Assembly (NCBI GenBank): GCA_947084965.1
Contig: CAMTUG010000001.1
Location: 409,301 to 473,300, forward strand
DNA: 64,000 bases
Direction of reading: 5' to 3'
Origin: an uncultured Parcubacteria group bacterium
GTDB taxonomy: Bacteria > Patescibacteriota > Patescibacteriia > UBA9934 > CAMTUG01
Each line of letters starts with the position of its first letter. Positions within the stretch are counted from its first letter, which is position 1. The translations under genes and the position numbers were made by a program. The notes beneath the pieces were generated by a model, which was given only the letters and a program-made list of their open reading frames with translations, was not told where the DNA came from and did no database searches. Shown here piece after piece: positions 57,076-64,000 of the stretch.

Positions 57076-57130
57076 ATGGACATTCGGGCGCGATCAGGAT
57101 AACATCGAAAGGCGAAATTAACAACGCACT

Positions 57131-57709
57131 ATGGCTTACGAAGCAAAGAATTATGACCACTTGCTCGGGCTTGAAGGCATGAGCGAAACGTTGCTCAAAA
57201 ACCACTTCACGCTCTACCAGGGGTACGTCAAAAACGCCAACGGATTACTCGAAAAGCTCGATACACTTGAAGTCGGCAGCGCAGAGTATGGCGAATTACA
57301 ACGTCGATTTGGGTGGGAGTGGAACGGGATGCGCTTACATGAGTTTTATTTCTCAAATCTTAAATCTGGCGGCTCCGAGTGTGCCGGACCGATCAAAGAG
57401 AAGATCGAATCCATTTACGGAAGCATAGAAAATTGGCGCAAAAACTTTGTGGGCGTCGGAACGATGCGCGGAATCGGTTGGGTCATTCTTTACCTTGATG
57501 TCGCCAGTGGAGAACTCTTTAACACCTGGATAAACGAGCATGACGTTGGTCACCTCTCTGGCGCCATGCCGCTCCTCGTGATGGATGTTTTCGAACACGC
57601 CTACATGGTCGACTATGGCTTGAAGAAAGCGGACTATATCGAAGCGTTTATGCATGCGATCGACTGGGACGAAGTAAACCGTCGCCTCGCCCTCGTTACT
57701 CATCTATAA
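57131..57709 (+). CDS. Fe/Mn superoxide dismutase family protein (divergent N-terminal His pattern)
   Basis: C-terminal ...FEHAYMVDYGLKKADYIEAFMHAIDWDEV matches the SOD W-E-H-A-Y region. The N-terminal helix retains only one of the usual His pair. Confidence 0.65.
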   Translation: MAYEAKNYDHLLGLEGMSETLLKNHFTLYQGYVKNANGLLEKLDTLEVGSAEYGELQRRFGWEWNGMRLHEFYFSNLKSGGSECAGPIKEKIESIYGSIENWRKNFVGVGTMRGIGWVILYLDVASGELFNTWINEHDVGHLSGAMPLLVMDVFEHAYMVDYGLKKADYIEAFMHAIDWDEVNRRLALVTHL

Positions 57710-57720
57710 TCTATCCTCCT

Positions 57721-58245
57721 ATGATCCACGTTGGACAACCGGCCCCGGACTTTAGCAACGTCACCGCATATCACAAAGGCGAATTCCACAGCGTCTCCTT
57801 AGCGGACTACAAAGGCAAGTGGCTCGTTCTCTTCTTCTACCCGCGCGACTTCACCTTTATCTGCCCAACGGAAATTAAAGGATTCGGCGCGCACAAAGCG
57901 GAGTTTGAAAAGTTAAATGCGGAAGTCGTTGGGGCTTCCACCGACTCGGAGTGGTCACACAAAAACTGGTTCGAGCGTGATCTCAAAGAAGTAGAGTACC
58001 CGGTCTTGGCCGATGTGACCCACGAGGTGTCCAAAGCGTACGATGTGTTTAACGCCAAAGAGGGCTTGGCAGAACGCGGACTGTTCATCATCGATCCAGA
58101 AGGGATCGTGAAGTATGCGCTGGTCAGTGCCGGATCGGTCGGCCGCTCGGTCAAAGAAACCCTACGCGTCCTCGAGGCGCTGCAATCCGGCGAGCTCTGT
58201 CAGATGGAATGGGAACCGGGATCGGAAGGGTTAGGAAAGGCGTAG
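57721..58245 (+). CDS. Peroxiredoxin (AhpC/TSA family)
   Basis: ...FFYPRDFTFICPTEI... contains the peroxidatic Cys. Confidence 0.85.
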   Translation: MIHVGQPAPDFSNVTAYHKGEFHSVSLADYKGKWLVLFFYPRDFTFICPTEIKGFGAHKAEFEKLNAEVVGASTDSEWSHKNWFERDLKEVEYPVLADVTHEVSKAYDVFNAKEGLAERGLFIIDPEGIVKYALVSAGSVGRSVKETLRVLEALQSGELCQMEWEPGSEGLGKA

Positions 58246-58250
58246 AAAAA

Positions 58251-58320
58251 CAGTAAGCAGTAATTGGAAAGTGGAGACGCTCAATGAGTGTCTCCACTTA
58301 CTACTTACCAATTACCGCTT
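58251..58320. repeat. Hairpin repeat, GTAAGYGG/GAGACAC family (R6); bidirectional terminator between convergent prx and pepA
   Basis: CAGTAAGCAGTAATTGGAAAGTGGAGACGCTCaatGAGTGTCTCCACTTACTACTTACCAATTACCGC. Confidence 0.6.
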
Positions 58321-58321
58321 T

Positions 58322-59857
58322 CTACAGCCCCCGAACTAATTCCATCAACGTTCTGACGCCGACCCCTGTACCACCCTTGCCGGTGTAGGCGTTGATCGGG
58401 CGCTCGGCAAACGATGGACCAGCGATGTCCAGATGGGCCCACGGAATGTTATCGACGAATTCTTGCAGAAATAATCCGGCCGTTAACGCGCCGCCGTAGC
58501 GCCCGGCGAGATTTTTTAGATCTGCCACTTCCGACTTCAACTCGCGTTTGTAATTCTTCTCAAGTGGCAGTGACCACATCTTTTCTCCAACCGCTCCTGA
58601 GGCGGCCAAAATCCTGTTCTCTAACTTTGCGTCGTTGCTCATCACCCCGGTGATCTCTTCCCCAAGCGCGACCACGCAGGCACCGGTCAACGTTGCAAGA
58701 TCAACGATCATGTCCGGCTTTTGACGTACAGCATAGGACAAGGTGTCGGCCAGAGTGACGCGACCCTCAGCATCGGTGTGCAACACTTCAATCGTTGTAC
58801 CGTTCATGGCGGTCACCACGTCGCCCGGGCGAATCGCTTTGCCGGACGGCATGTTTTCACAAGCGCCAAAAATCCCTTCGACGATCACGTTCGGCTTGAG
58901 TTCTTTGATCACCGAGAAGAGTCCGAGGACCGCAGCCGCGCCAGCCATGTCGAGTTTCATTGTGTACATCCCTTCTGCCGGTTTGATCGAAAGTCCACCT
59001 GAGTCAAAGGTGATCGCCTTTCCAACAATCGCGATGCGCTTCCGCGTTTCGGTTTTTCTGTTTTTCTGTTTTTCTGTTTTTCGTATGTAGGTCATCTGCA
59101 CCATCGCTGGTGGATGATCCGCCCCTTGGGCGATGCCGAGCAATCCGCCCGCGCCCATCTTTTCCAGCGCGGCCTTATCCATCACCTTCACCTTGATCAC
59201 TCCTTTGCTCGCCTTGCCAATTTCGAGGGCTTTGGCGACCAACTCCGCCGGCTGCATGTGACCGGACGGCGTATTGACCAAGTCGCGGGCATACATCGTT
59301 CCGGCAACACCCAAATTTCCGAGCGTAATTCCGGCTTCAGCTTGCTTCACGGCTCGACCATCGTTGGTCATGATCGTGAACGTCTGCACACTCGGCTTGT
59401 TCTTCTTTTTCTTATACTTATCAAACTTGTATACCGCCAGCTGGGCCCCTTCCGTGATCGCCCGAGCGCATTCCTTAGGCGCAAGCTTCCCTGCCCCAGC
59501 GCCGTGTAAAATCGAAACGACGCTCTTTGCACCAAGTTTCTCCGCACACTGAGCAGAAAGAGCCGCCGCCTCGCGGACATTCTCAATGGTAAAGTCTTCT
59601 TTTTTTCCAAGGCCGACGAGCAAGATGCGCTTGGCTCCAAACTTCGACGATGGCCGAACAAGTAACGTTTCATTCACACCCCCCTTAAATCGATCCTCTT
59701 TGGCAACGCTCATCAATTCACCCCCCAGAACAGCATCAACATCCGCTGTCGCCCCACCAAACTTCTCGAATCCTTCAAACGCATTGAGAACAAGCAGATC
59801 AGCTTTCACCGCTGTGAGATCCCCTTTTTGAACAGAAAACATCATACACATTTGCAT
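58322..59857 (-). CDS. pepA: Leucyl aminopeptidase (M17)
   Basis: ...HTDAEGRVTLADTL... (NTDAEGR motif) and a conserved C-terminal catalytic domain. The first ATG is at 59857; in-frame alternatives are at 59851, 59845 and 59842. Confidence 0.85.
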   Translation of the reverse strand: MQMCMMFSVQKGDLTAVKADLLVLNAFEGFEKFGGATADVDAVLGGELMSVAKEDRFKGGVNETLLVRPSSKFGAKRILLVGLGKKEDFTIENVREAAALSAQCAEKLGAKSVVSILHGAGAGKLAPKECARAITEGAQLAVYKFDKYKKKKNKPSVQTFTIMTNDGRAVKQAEAGITLGNLGVAGTMYARDLVNTPSGHMQPAELVAKALEIGKASKGVIKVKVMDKAALEKMGAGGLLGIAQGADHPPAMVQMTYIRKTEKQKNRKTETRKRIAIVGKAITFDSGGLSIKPAEGMYTMKLDMAGAAAVLGLFSVIKELKPNVIVEGIFGACENMPSGKAIRPGDVVTAMNGTTIEVLHTDAEGRVTLADTLSYAVRQKPDMIVDLATLTGACVVALGEEITGVMSNDAKLENRILAASGAVGEKMWSLPLEKNYKRELKSEVADLKNLAGRYGGALTAGLFLQEFVDNIPWAHLDIAGPSFAERPINAYTGKGGTGVGVRTLMELVRGL

Positions 59858-59904
59858 TAAGTCTTAAGATTCGATACCATGTGGATACAAATTAATCAAG
59901 GTTT

Positions 59905-60018
59905 ATGGGGATGCGAAAAGTAGGACGCAATGCCTGGAAGGCGAATCGCAAAGTCGAAAAGGCCGGTCGACGCAAAAAGGCAGCGATCCGTCACAAAAAG
60001 GCGGCGGCGAAAAAGTAA
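59905..60018 (+). CDS. Small basic protein (37 aa), possibly ribosome- or nucleic-acid-associated
   Basis: MGMRKVGRNAWKANRKVEKAGRRKKAAIRHKKAAAKK. It is followed immediately by a clean intrinsic terminator. Not in the ORF track (below its 60-aa cutoff). Confidence 0.35.
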   Translation: MGMRKVGRNAWKANRKVEKAGRRKKAAIRHKKAAAKK

Positions 60019-60026
60019 ATCAAAAA

Positions 60027-60057
60027 CGACCCTTTCAGGGGTCGCTTTGATTTTGTT
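60027..60057. terminator. Bidirectional intrinsic terminator
   Basis: CGACCCtttcaGGGGTCG followed by CTTTGATTTTGTT; the reverse complement also ends in a T-run. It abuts the stop of the minus-strand gene at 60056. Confidence 0.6.
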
Positions 60058-60874
60058 AACTGATTTGCACTTCGTCTTCGACGTTCGGAATGAACCCGTA
60101 CTGCTCCTTAATGTACAGACGTGCGCCGGGCAATCCGACGATACCCGTGCGACGGGCGATCTCGAGGCCTTTGTGCGCAAAACTCGATCCAGTAATAAGC
60201 CCAAGTTCGCCTGGGGCGAGGAGCGTCAATTTTTCGCGATAGATAAGCTTCATCTCTCCGAGATGCTTACCGTCCCGGATTAAGCGCACGGTATATTCCT
60301 TTCCGACTTCCAGCGGACGCTGGGAAGCGAGTTTCATATTATCGAACGAATCGATCCAAGCCACGCGATCGGTCGCAACAGACGGAATCGGATAGCTGGC
60401 TACAGGATGAGTGACATACAACGTGTCGCGCTCTCCATCGGCTGTTGCCACAAATTCCCCGGCGGCCTTTGGGAATACATAGGCCGAACGGAACTGCGAT
60501 CCGCTGGTGTTCCCGTCATCTGTCCGTTTGGTATAAATCGTTTCGATCTGATCTTTTATTAACGTCAGCGAGTATCCTTCGTTTGGGCCGACGAGCAGAC
60601 CGCCCGTTTTCACCTTCACAAAAACCATTTCGCCGGCGCGGTTCCCTTCTAACTTTTCCGTGGCGTTGCGCGGTGCGGCGTTAAACAGCACCACGTCCCC
60701 TTCCGAGAATTCTGCTTCCGCTAACAAAAAACTGAGCGAGAGCGTCGCGAATGGTTCGGCGGCGTAGAACGTTGTTGGGACACCGGGAAACGCCTGAGCA
60801 ACCTGCGCTTCAATGCGCAAGCGAGCATTGGCGTCAGAACAGTCATTGATGATGATGATACGCTTAGCTTCCAT
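60056..60874 (-). CDS. SAM hydroxide adenosyltransferase-like (DUF62) protein, divergent
   Basis: MEAKRIIIINDCSDANARLRIEAQV... and C-terminal ...AWIDSFDNMKL resemble DUF62 TDFG.../IDHFGN, but the DFG motif is replaced by DCS. The track ORF is extended upstream. Confidence 0.4.
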   Translation of the reverse strand: MEAKRIIIINDCSDANARLRIEAQVAQAFPGVPTTFYAAEPFATLSLSFLLAEAEFSEGDVVLFNAAPRNATEKLEGNRAGEMVFVKVKTGGLLVGPNEGYSLTLIKDQIETIYTKRTDDGNTSGSQFRSAYVFPKAAGEFVATADGERDTLYVTHPVASYPIPSVATDRVAWIDSFDNMKLASQRPLEVGKEYTVRLIRDGKHLGEMKLIYREKLTLLAPGELGLITGSSFAHKGLEIARRTGIVGLPGARLYIKEQYGFIPNVEDEVQIS

Positions 60875-60902
60875 AATGATTGTGATGCTATCATGTGAGC
60901 GT

Positions 60903-61793
60903 ATGAAAATCAAACGGAAGTTATTGATTTGGTATAAAAAGAACGGGCGCGATCTGCCATGGCGCAAAACGCGCGATCCGTACAAAATTTTAGTCTCCGA
61001 GGTGATGCTCCAACAAACCCAGGTACCGCGCGTGCTCCTGTACTACAAAAAGTGGCTGAAACGATTTCCGAACTGGTCAGCGCTGGCCAGAGCGACAAAC
61101 GCTGACGTGATCCGCGAATGGGCAGGACTCGGATATAACCGCCGAGCGCTCGCCCTCCGCGATATTGCTAAAAACTTCCGATACCGGCTTCTGAAGCCGG
61201 TATCAAGTCAGGATTGGCAAACATTCAAAGGGATTGGCCCGTACACGGCCGCGGCCCTGGCCGTGTTCACTCGTACCGAGCGCGTTATGCCGATTGATAC
61301 AAATATTCGCCGCGTCCTTGGGCGGCTGTTGCTCGGGAATCCATGGCCTGATCCCAAGCTCGACGAGAAACTTCAGGCCCGCGCCGAGCCGATGATTCGA
61401 GGAAAAAACTTTGATCTCATCCCCCAAGCCCTGTTTGATCTCGCGACCTCGATCTGTAAAAAAGTTCCTGATTGCGCTCTTTGCCCCCTTCGCAACGACT
61501 GCCCTGCGGCAAAAACGTTCCTCTCAGGTACAATGAAAACACCGAACGCGCTGATCAAAAAATCAAATGAAAATATTCACCGCAACAAAAAGTTTCCTGA
61601 CCGCATTTACCGCGGGCGCATTTTGCGGCTCGTGCAGGAATCTTCGCGAGCGCTTCGTGTTTCTCAGATCGGCTCAATGATCGATACCACCTTCGATTCT
61701 TCACTCGATCAGCCTTGGCTCGAAGCGATGATCGGTCGACTCGAGGCAGATCAATTCATTAAACGACAAGGACGAACGATCAGGCTCTACTGA
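60903..61793 (+). CDS. mutY: A/G-specific adenine glycosylase MutY-like (HhH-GPD with 4Fe-4S)
   Basis: ...LPWRKTRDPYKILVSEVMLQQTQV... and ...CKKVPDCALCPLRNDC. It contains the in-frame palindromic insert at 61180-61207. Confidence 0.8.
   Translation: MKIKRKLLIWYKKNGRDLPWRKTRDPYKILVSEVMLQQTQVPRVLLYYKKWLKRFPNWSALARATNADVIREWAGLGYNRRALALRDIAKNFRYRLLKPVSSQDWQTFKGIGPYTAAALAVFTRTERVMPIDTNIRRVLGRLLLGNPWPDPKLDEKLQARAEPMIRGKNFDLIPQALFDLATSICKKVPDCALCPLRNDCPAAKTFLSGTMKTPNALIKKSNENIHRNKKFPDRIYRGRILRLVQESSRALRVSQIGSMIDTTFDSSLDQPWLEAMIGRLEADQFIKRQGRTIRLY
61180..61207. repeat. In-frame palindromic insert, copy 3 (GATACCGGCTTCTGAAGCCGGTATCAAG)
   Basis: Identical 28-mer to 14178-14205; encodes RYRLLKPVS inside mutY. 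Confidence 0.65.
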
Positions 61794-62434
61794 TCATCCC
61801 AAGTCACCTGGCCGTTGCCGGTGATCGGGATCGGTTCACCGAGGTAGGTCGACGAAGGCTTCAAGATTAAATCTTTAGTCGCTTTAATGCGGGCCAAAAG
61901 TTCGCGGGCAGAAAACTGAAGCTGCTTCACGTATCGCTGGCGGTCGGCAACAACACCCGTCGCTTCAATCCCTAGGATGCGAGCGGTCATGACGGCACGT
62001 GGGAGGTGAAACTTCTGGGTAACCACGATCGCGTCTTCAACGTGAAAAACAAATCGCGCGCGGTACATCGTGTCGTACGTATCAAAACCAGCGTGATCAA
62101 GAAAAAGATCATCCGGCTCAACGCCGTACTCGAGCAGAAAGTCACGCATCGCCATAACTTCGTCGTAGCTCTCTGTGCCGTGATCGCCAGAGAGAAGGAC
62201 TTTGTCGACGTTACCATTCTGATACAACTCAAAAGCCGTGATCAGACGATCCGCCAAAACATCTGACGGATTTCCATCAGCATTCACCTTCGCCCCGAGC
62301 ACAATCGCCACCGTCGCACTCGGCGCCTCGTTGCGATCAAAGGTGTGCGGGGCCGCCAGGACCAAAAAAGCTAACTGAATTCCTATAAAGACGGTGGCGG
62401 CCGCAATGATAGCTGTAGAAAATATTTTCTTCAT
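61787..62434 (-). CDS. SanA/YdcF (DUF218) family protein
   Basis: N-terminal TM, then ...VAIVLGAKVNADGNPSDVLADRLITAFELYQNGNVDKVLLSGDHG... Confidence 0.55.
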   Translation of the reverse strand: MKKIFSTAIIAAATVFIGIQLAFLVLAAPHTFDRNEAPSATVAIVLGAKVNADGNPSDVLADRLITAFELYQNGNVDKVLLSGDHGTESYDEVMAMRDFLLEYGVEPDDLFLDHAGFDTYDTMYRARFVFHVEDAIVVTQKFHLPRAVMTARILGIEATGVVADRQRYVKQLQFSARELLARIKATKDLILKPSSTYLGEPIPITGNGQVTWDDQ

Positions 62435-62524
62435 ACGTTTTGATGGCCGATGGACTTCCCAGGTACCTCAAAATACAACTTTTCAATTCGTTTGAGCAAA
62501 TAATGTAGTCAAACGAAGTGTAAC

Positions 62525-63682
62525 CTATGCTTTTGAGACACCCGCTGCAGCCGCGACAGCGCGAGCGACCGCCAGAGCCACGTTCTTATCTAATGGATCC
62601 GGAATGATCTTATCAACCGTCGGTTCACCAACATACTCAGCAAGGGCACGGGCGGCGGCGAGCTTCATCTCTTCAGTGATCTTTTTCGCCCCCGCATCGA
62701 GTGCACCGCGAAAGACCCCTGGAAACGCCAAAACATTATTGATCTGATTCGGATAATCACTTCGACCAGTAGCGATAATCTTTGCTCCAGCCAACTTGGC
62801 GAGATCGGGCATAATCTCTGGCACAGGATTGGCCATCGCAAATACGATCGGATCAGGAGTCATCGAACGCACCATTTCTTCCGTCAAAACTCCAGCCGCA
62901 CTGACGCCAATAAAAACGTCCGCCCCTTTGATCGCATCAATCAACGTACCGTCGATCTTTTCTGGATTGGTGAGCGCGAGCAATCGCTGTTTGGATTCGT
63001 TTAAATCCGTGCGCGTCGGGGAGATGATCCCTTTGCTATCAACCGCAACGACATTCGTAGCCCCTTGCGACAATAGAATCTTGGCGATCGCCACACCGGC
63101 CGCGCCCGCGCCACTGATCACCATCTTCACACTTGCAAAATCACGACCCGTCAACTTCAGCGCATTGATCAGTCCTGCAAGGACAACGATCGCCGTGCCG
63201 TGCTGATCATCATGCCAAAGAGGAATGTCGAGTTCGGCTTTGAGTCGTTCTTCAATCTCAAAACAACGTGGAGCAGAGATATCTTCCAAATTAATCCCCC
63301 CAAAAGAAATCGCCATGTGTTTGACCGTGGCGACAAATTCTTCAACATCTTGTGTATCAATCAAGATCGGAAAAGCATCAACACCACCGAATTCTTTGAA
63401 CAACACCGCCTTCCCTTCCATCACCGGCAGTCCAGCGAGCGGCCCAATATCTCCGAGACCTAAAACTGCGGATCCATCTGTGATCACCGCCACCCAATTG
63501 CGTCGCGACGTCAGCTCCCAGACTAATTCCGGGTCTTTGGCGATCGCCAAACACGGCGCGGCAACCCCCGGCGTGTAAGCCCAAGATAAATCTTCGCGTG
63601 TATGAATGTGGACCTTTGGCTCAAGCGCAATCTTCCCTTTTAATTGACGGTGCATCTCCATTGACTTTTCATTAAAATCCAT
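62525..63682 (-). CDS. NAD(P)-dependent malic enzyme (short form)
   Basis: ...YTPGVAAPC...VISGAGAAGVAIAKILL... ATG at 63682 (MDFNEKSMEMHRQLKGK); the track start at 63697 is a TTG. Confidence 0.8.
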   Translation of the reverse strand: MDFNEKSMEMHRQLKGKIALEPKVHIHTREDLSWAYTPGVAAPCLAIAKDPELVWELTSRRNWVAVITDGSAVLGLGDIGPLAGLPVMEGKAVLFKEFGGVDAFPILIDTQDVEEFVATVKHMAISFGGINLEDISAPRCFEIEERLKAELDIPLWHDDQHGTAIVVLAGLINALKLTGRDFASVKMVISGAGAAGVAIAKILLSQGATNVVAVDSKGIISPTRTDLNESKQRLLALTNPEKIDGTLIDAIKGADVFIGVSAAGVLTEEMVRSMTPDPIVFAMANPVPEIMPDLAKLAGAKIIATGRSDYPNQINNVLAFPGVFRGALDAGAKKITEEMKLAAARALAEYVGEPTVDKIIPDPLDKNVALAVARAVAAAAGVSKA

Positions 63683-63690
63683 ATATTTGC

Positions 63691-63719
63691 TTGACAAAAC
63701 AAGATTTTTATGATATCAT
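63691..63719 (+). promoter_or_regulatory. Sigma70-like promoter (TTGACA-17-TATCAT) for the small Cys-rich ORF
   Basis: TTGACAaaacaagatttttatgaTATCAT lies about 28 nt before the ATG at 63748. Confidence 0.4.
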
Positions 63720-63747
63720 GGCGCTATAAATAAGTAACGTCTCTTGT

Positions 63748-63843
63748 ATGGAAACATGCACGACGTGCGGAATGGAAATGGAGGGCGACACCTGTCCAGG
63801 ATGTGGAAAAGCGGTCGCTGAGTGTACCTGCGAACACGTTTAA
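63748..63843 (+). CDS. Small Cys-rich (zinc-ribbon-like) protein, 31 aa
   Basis: METCTTCGMEMEGDTCPGCGKAVAECTCEHV has six Cys in CxxC/CxGC spacing. It has its own promoter and is followed by a perfect intrinsic terminator. Confidence 0.4.
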   Translation: METCTTCGMEMEGDTCPGCGKAVAECTCEHV

Positions 63844-63850
63844 ATAACAC

Positions 63851-63886
63851 AAAACCGCTCCGAGCTTACTCGGAGCGGTTTTGATT
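63851..63886. terminator. Bidirectional intrinsic terminator
   Basis: AAAACCGCTCCGAGcttaCTCGGAGCGGTTTT. Confidence 0.65.
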
Positions 63887-63890
63887 TGAC

Positions 63891-64000
63891 TTACTTTTTC
63901 ATCACGCGATATTTTCCTGGAGCGATATAGGCCGCGGCAAGGGAGGCGAGCAGAAGCATCGCTTCGTATTCGTATCCGCCAGCAAATCCTTTGGACCACT
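63891..64000 (-). CDS. 3'-terminal fragment of a membrane protein gene (partial at window end)
   Basis: The minus-strand frame is open to the window edge and ends ...WSKGFAGGYEYEAMLLLASLAAAYIAPGKYRVMKK*. Confidence 0.3.
   Translation of the reverse strand, partial: WSKGFAGGYEYEAMLLLASLAAAYIAPGKYRVMKK

Noticed and set aside
63724-63999. ORF 63724..63999(-), 91 aa
   Set aside because: It spans the small Cys-rich ORF promoter and terminator and reads through a strong terminator hairpin. Only its last about 35 codons (63891..64000) look like a genuine membrane-protein C-terminus.

Overview
The window is a gene-dense chromosome segment of about 50% GC from a bacterium with a small, streamlined genome (CPR/Patescibacteria-like). 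Genes are short and overlapping, rpoA lacks the alpha-CTD, AlaRS is truncated, and promoters are close to the sigma70 consensus. Housekeeping content, in order: a cell-envelope block (GT2 glycosyltransferase, a TSP3/PKD surface protein, MurJ); alaS; the infA-rpmJ-rpsM-rpsK-rpsD-rpoA-rplQ-rplM-rpsI cluster; a polysaccharide locus (Wzx-like flippase, GT4, GT2, O-antigen-ligase-like); rluB-like, fmt, def, a PriA-like protein; clpB with a CIRCE operator; gltX; an M23 peptidase; ftsQ-alr-serS-lysS-greA-pbp2-mreDCB on the minus strand; a UvrD-family helicase fused to a Cas4/RecB-like nuclease; a complete F1Fo ATP synthase operon (atpI-like, B, E, F, H, A, G, D, C) on the minus strand; tatD, cvpA, metG, rsmI, SOD, peroxiredoxin, pepA, mutY and malic enzyme. 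Three compositionally foreign, GC3-rich inserts (roughly 63-70% GC) interrupt this background. Island A (about 12.24-13.18 kb) carries a secreted poly-Pro-tailed protein. Island C (41.95-42.64 kb) carries a stand-alone HD-GYP protein. Island B (about 49.54-52.53 kb) carries a divergently transcribed pair of unknown proteins: a 294-aa tail-anchored Ala-rich membrane protein and a 531-aa soluble protein. Islands A and B share paralogous promoter, 5'UTR and terminator modules, including a covarying terminator hairpin. Island B is the best candidate for an undescribed system. The window also holds several short palindromic repeat families, among them a 28-nt palindrome inserted in-frame in three unrelated genes, and a LysRS with a C-terminal YbaK-like editing domain. 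No rRNA, tRNA or CRISPR was found.
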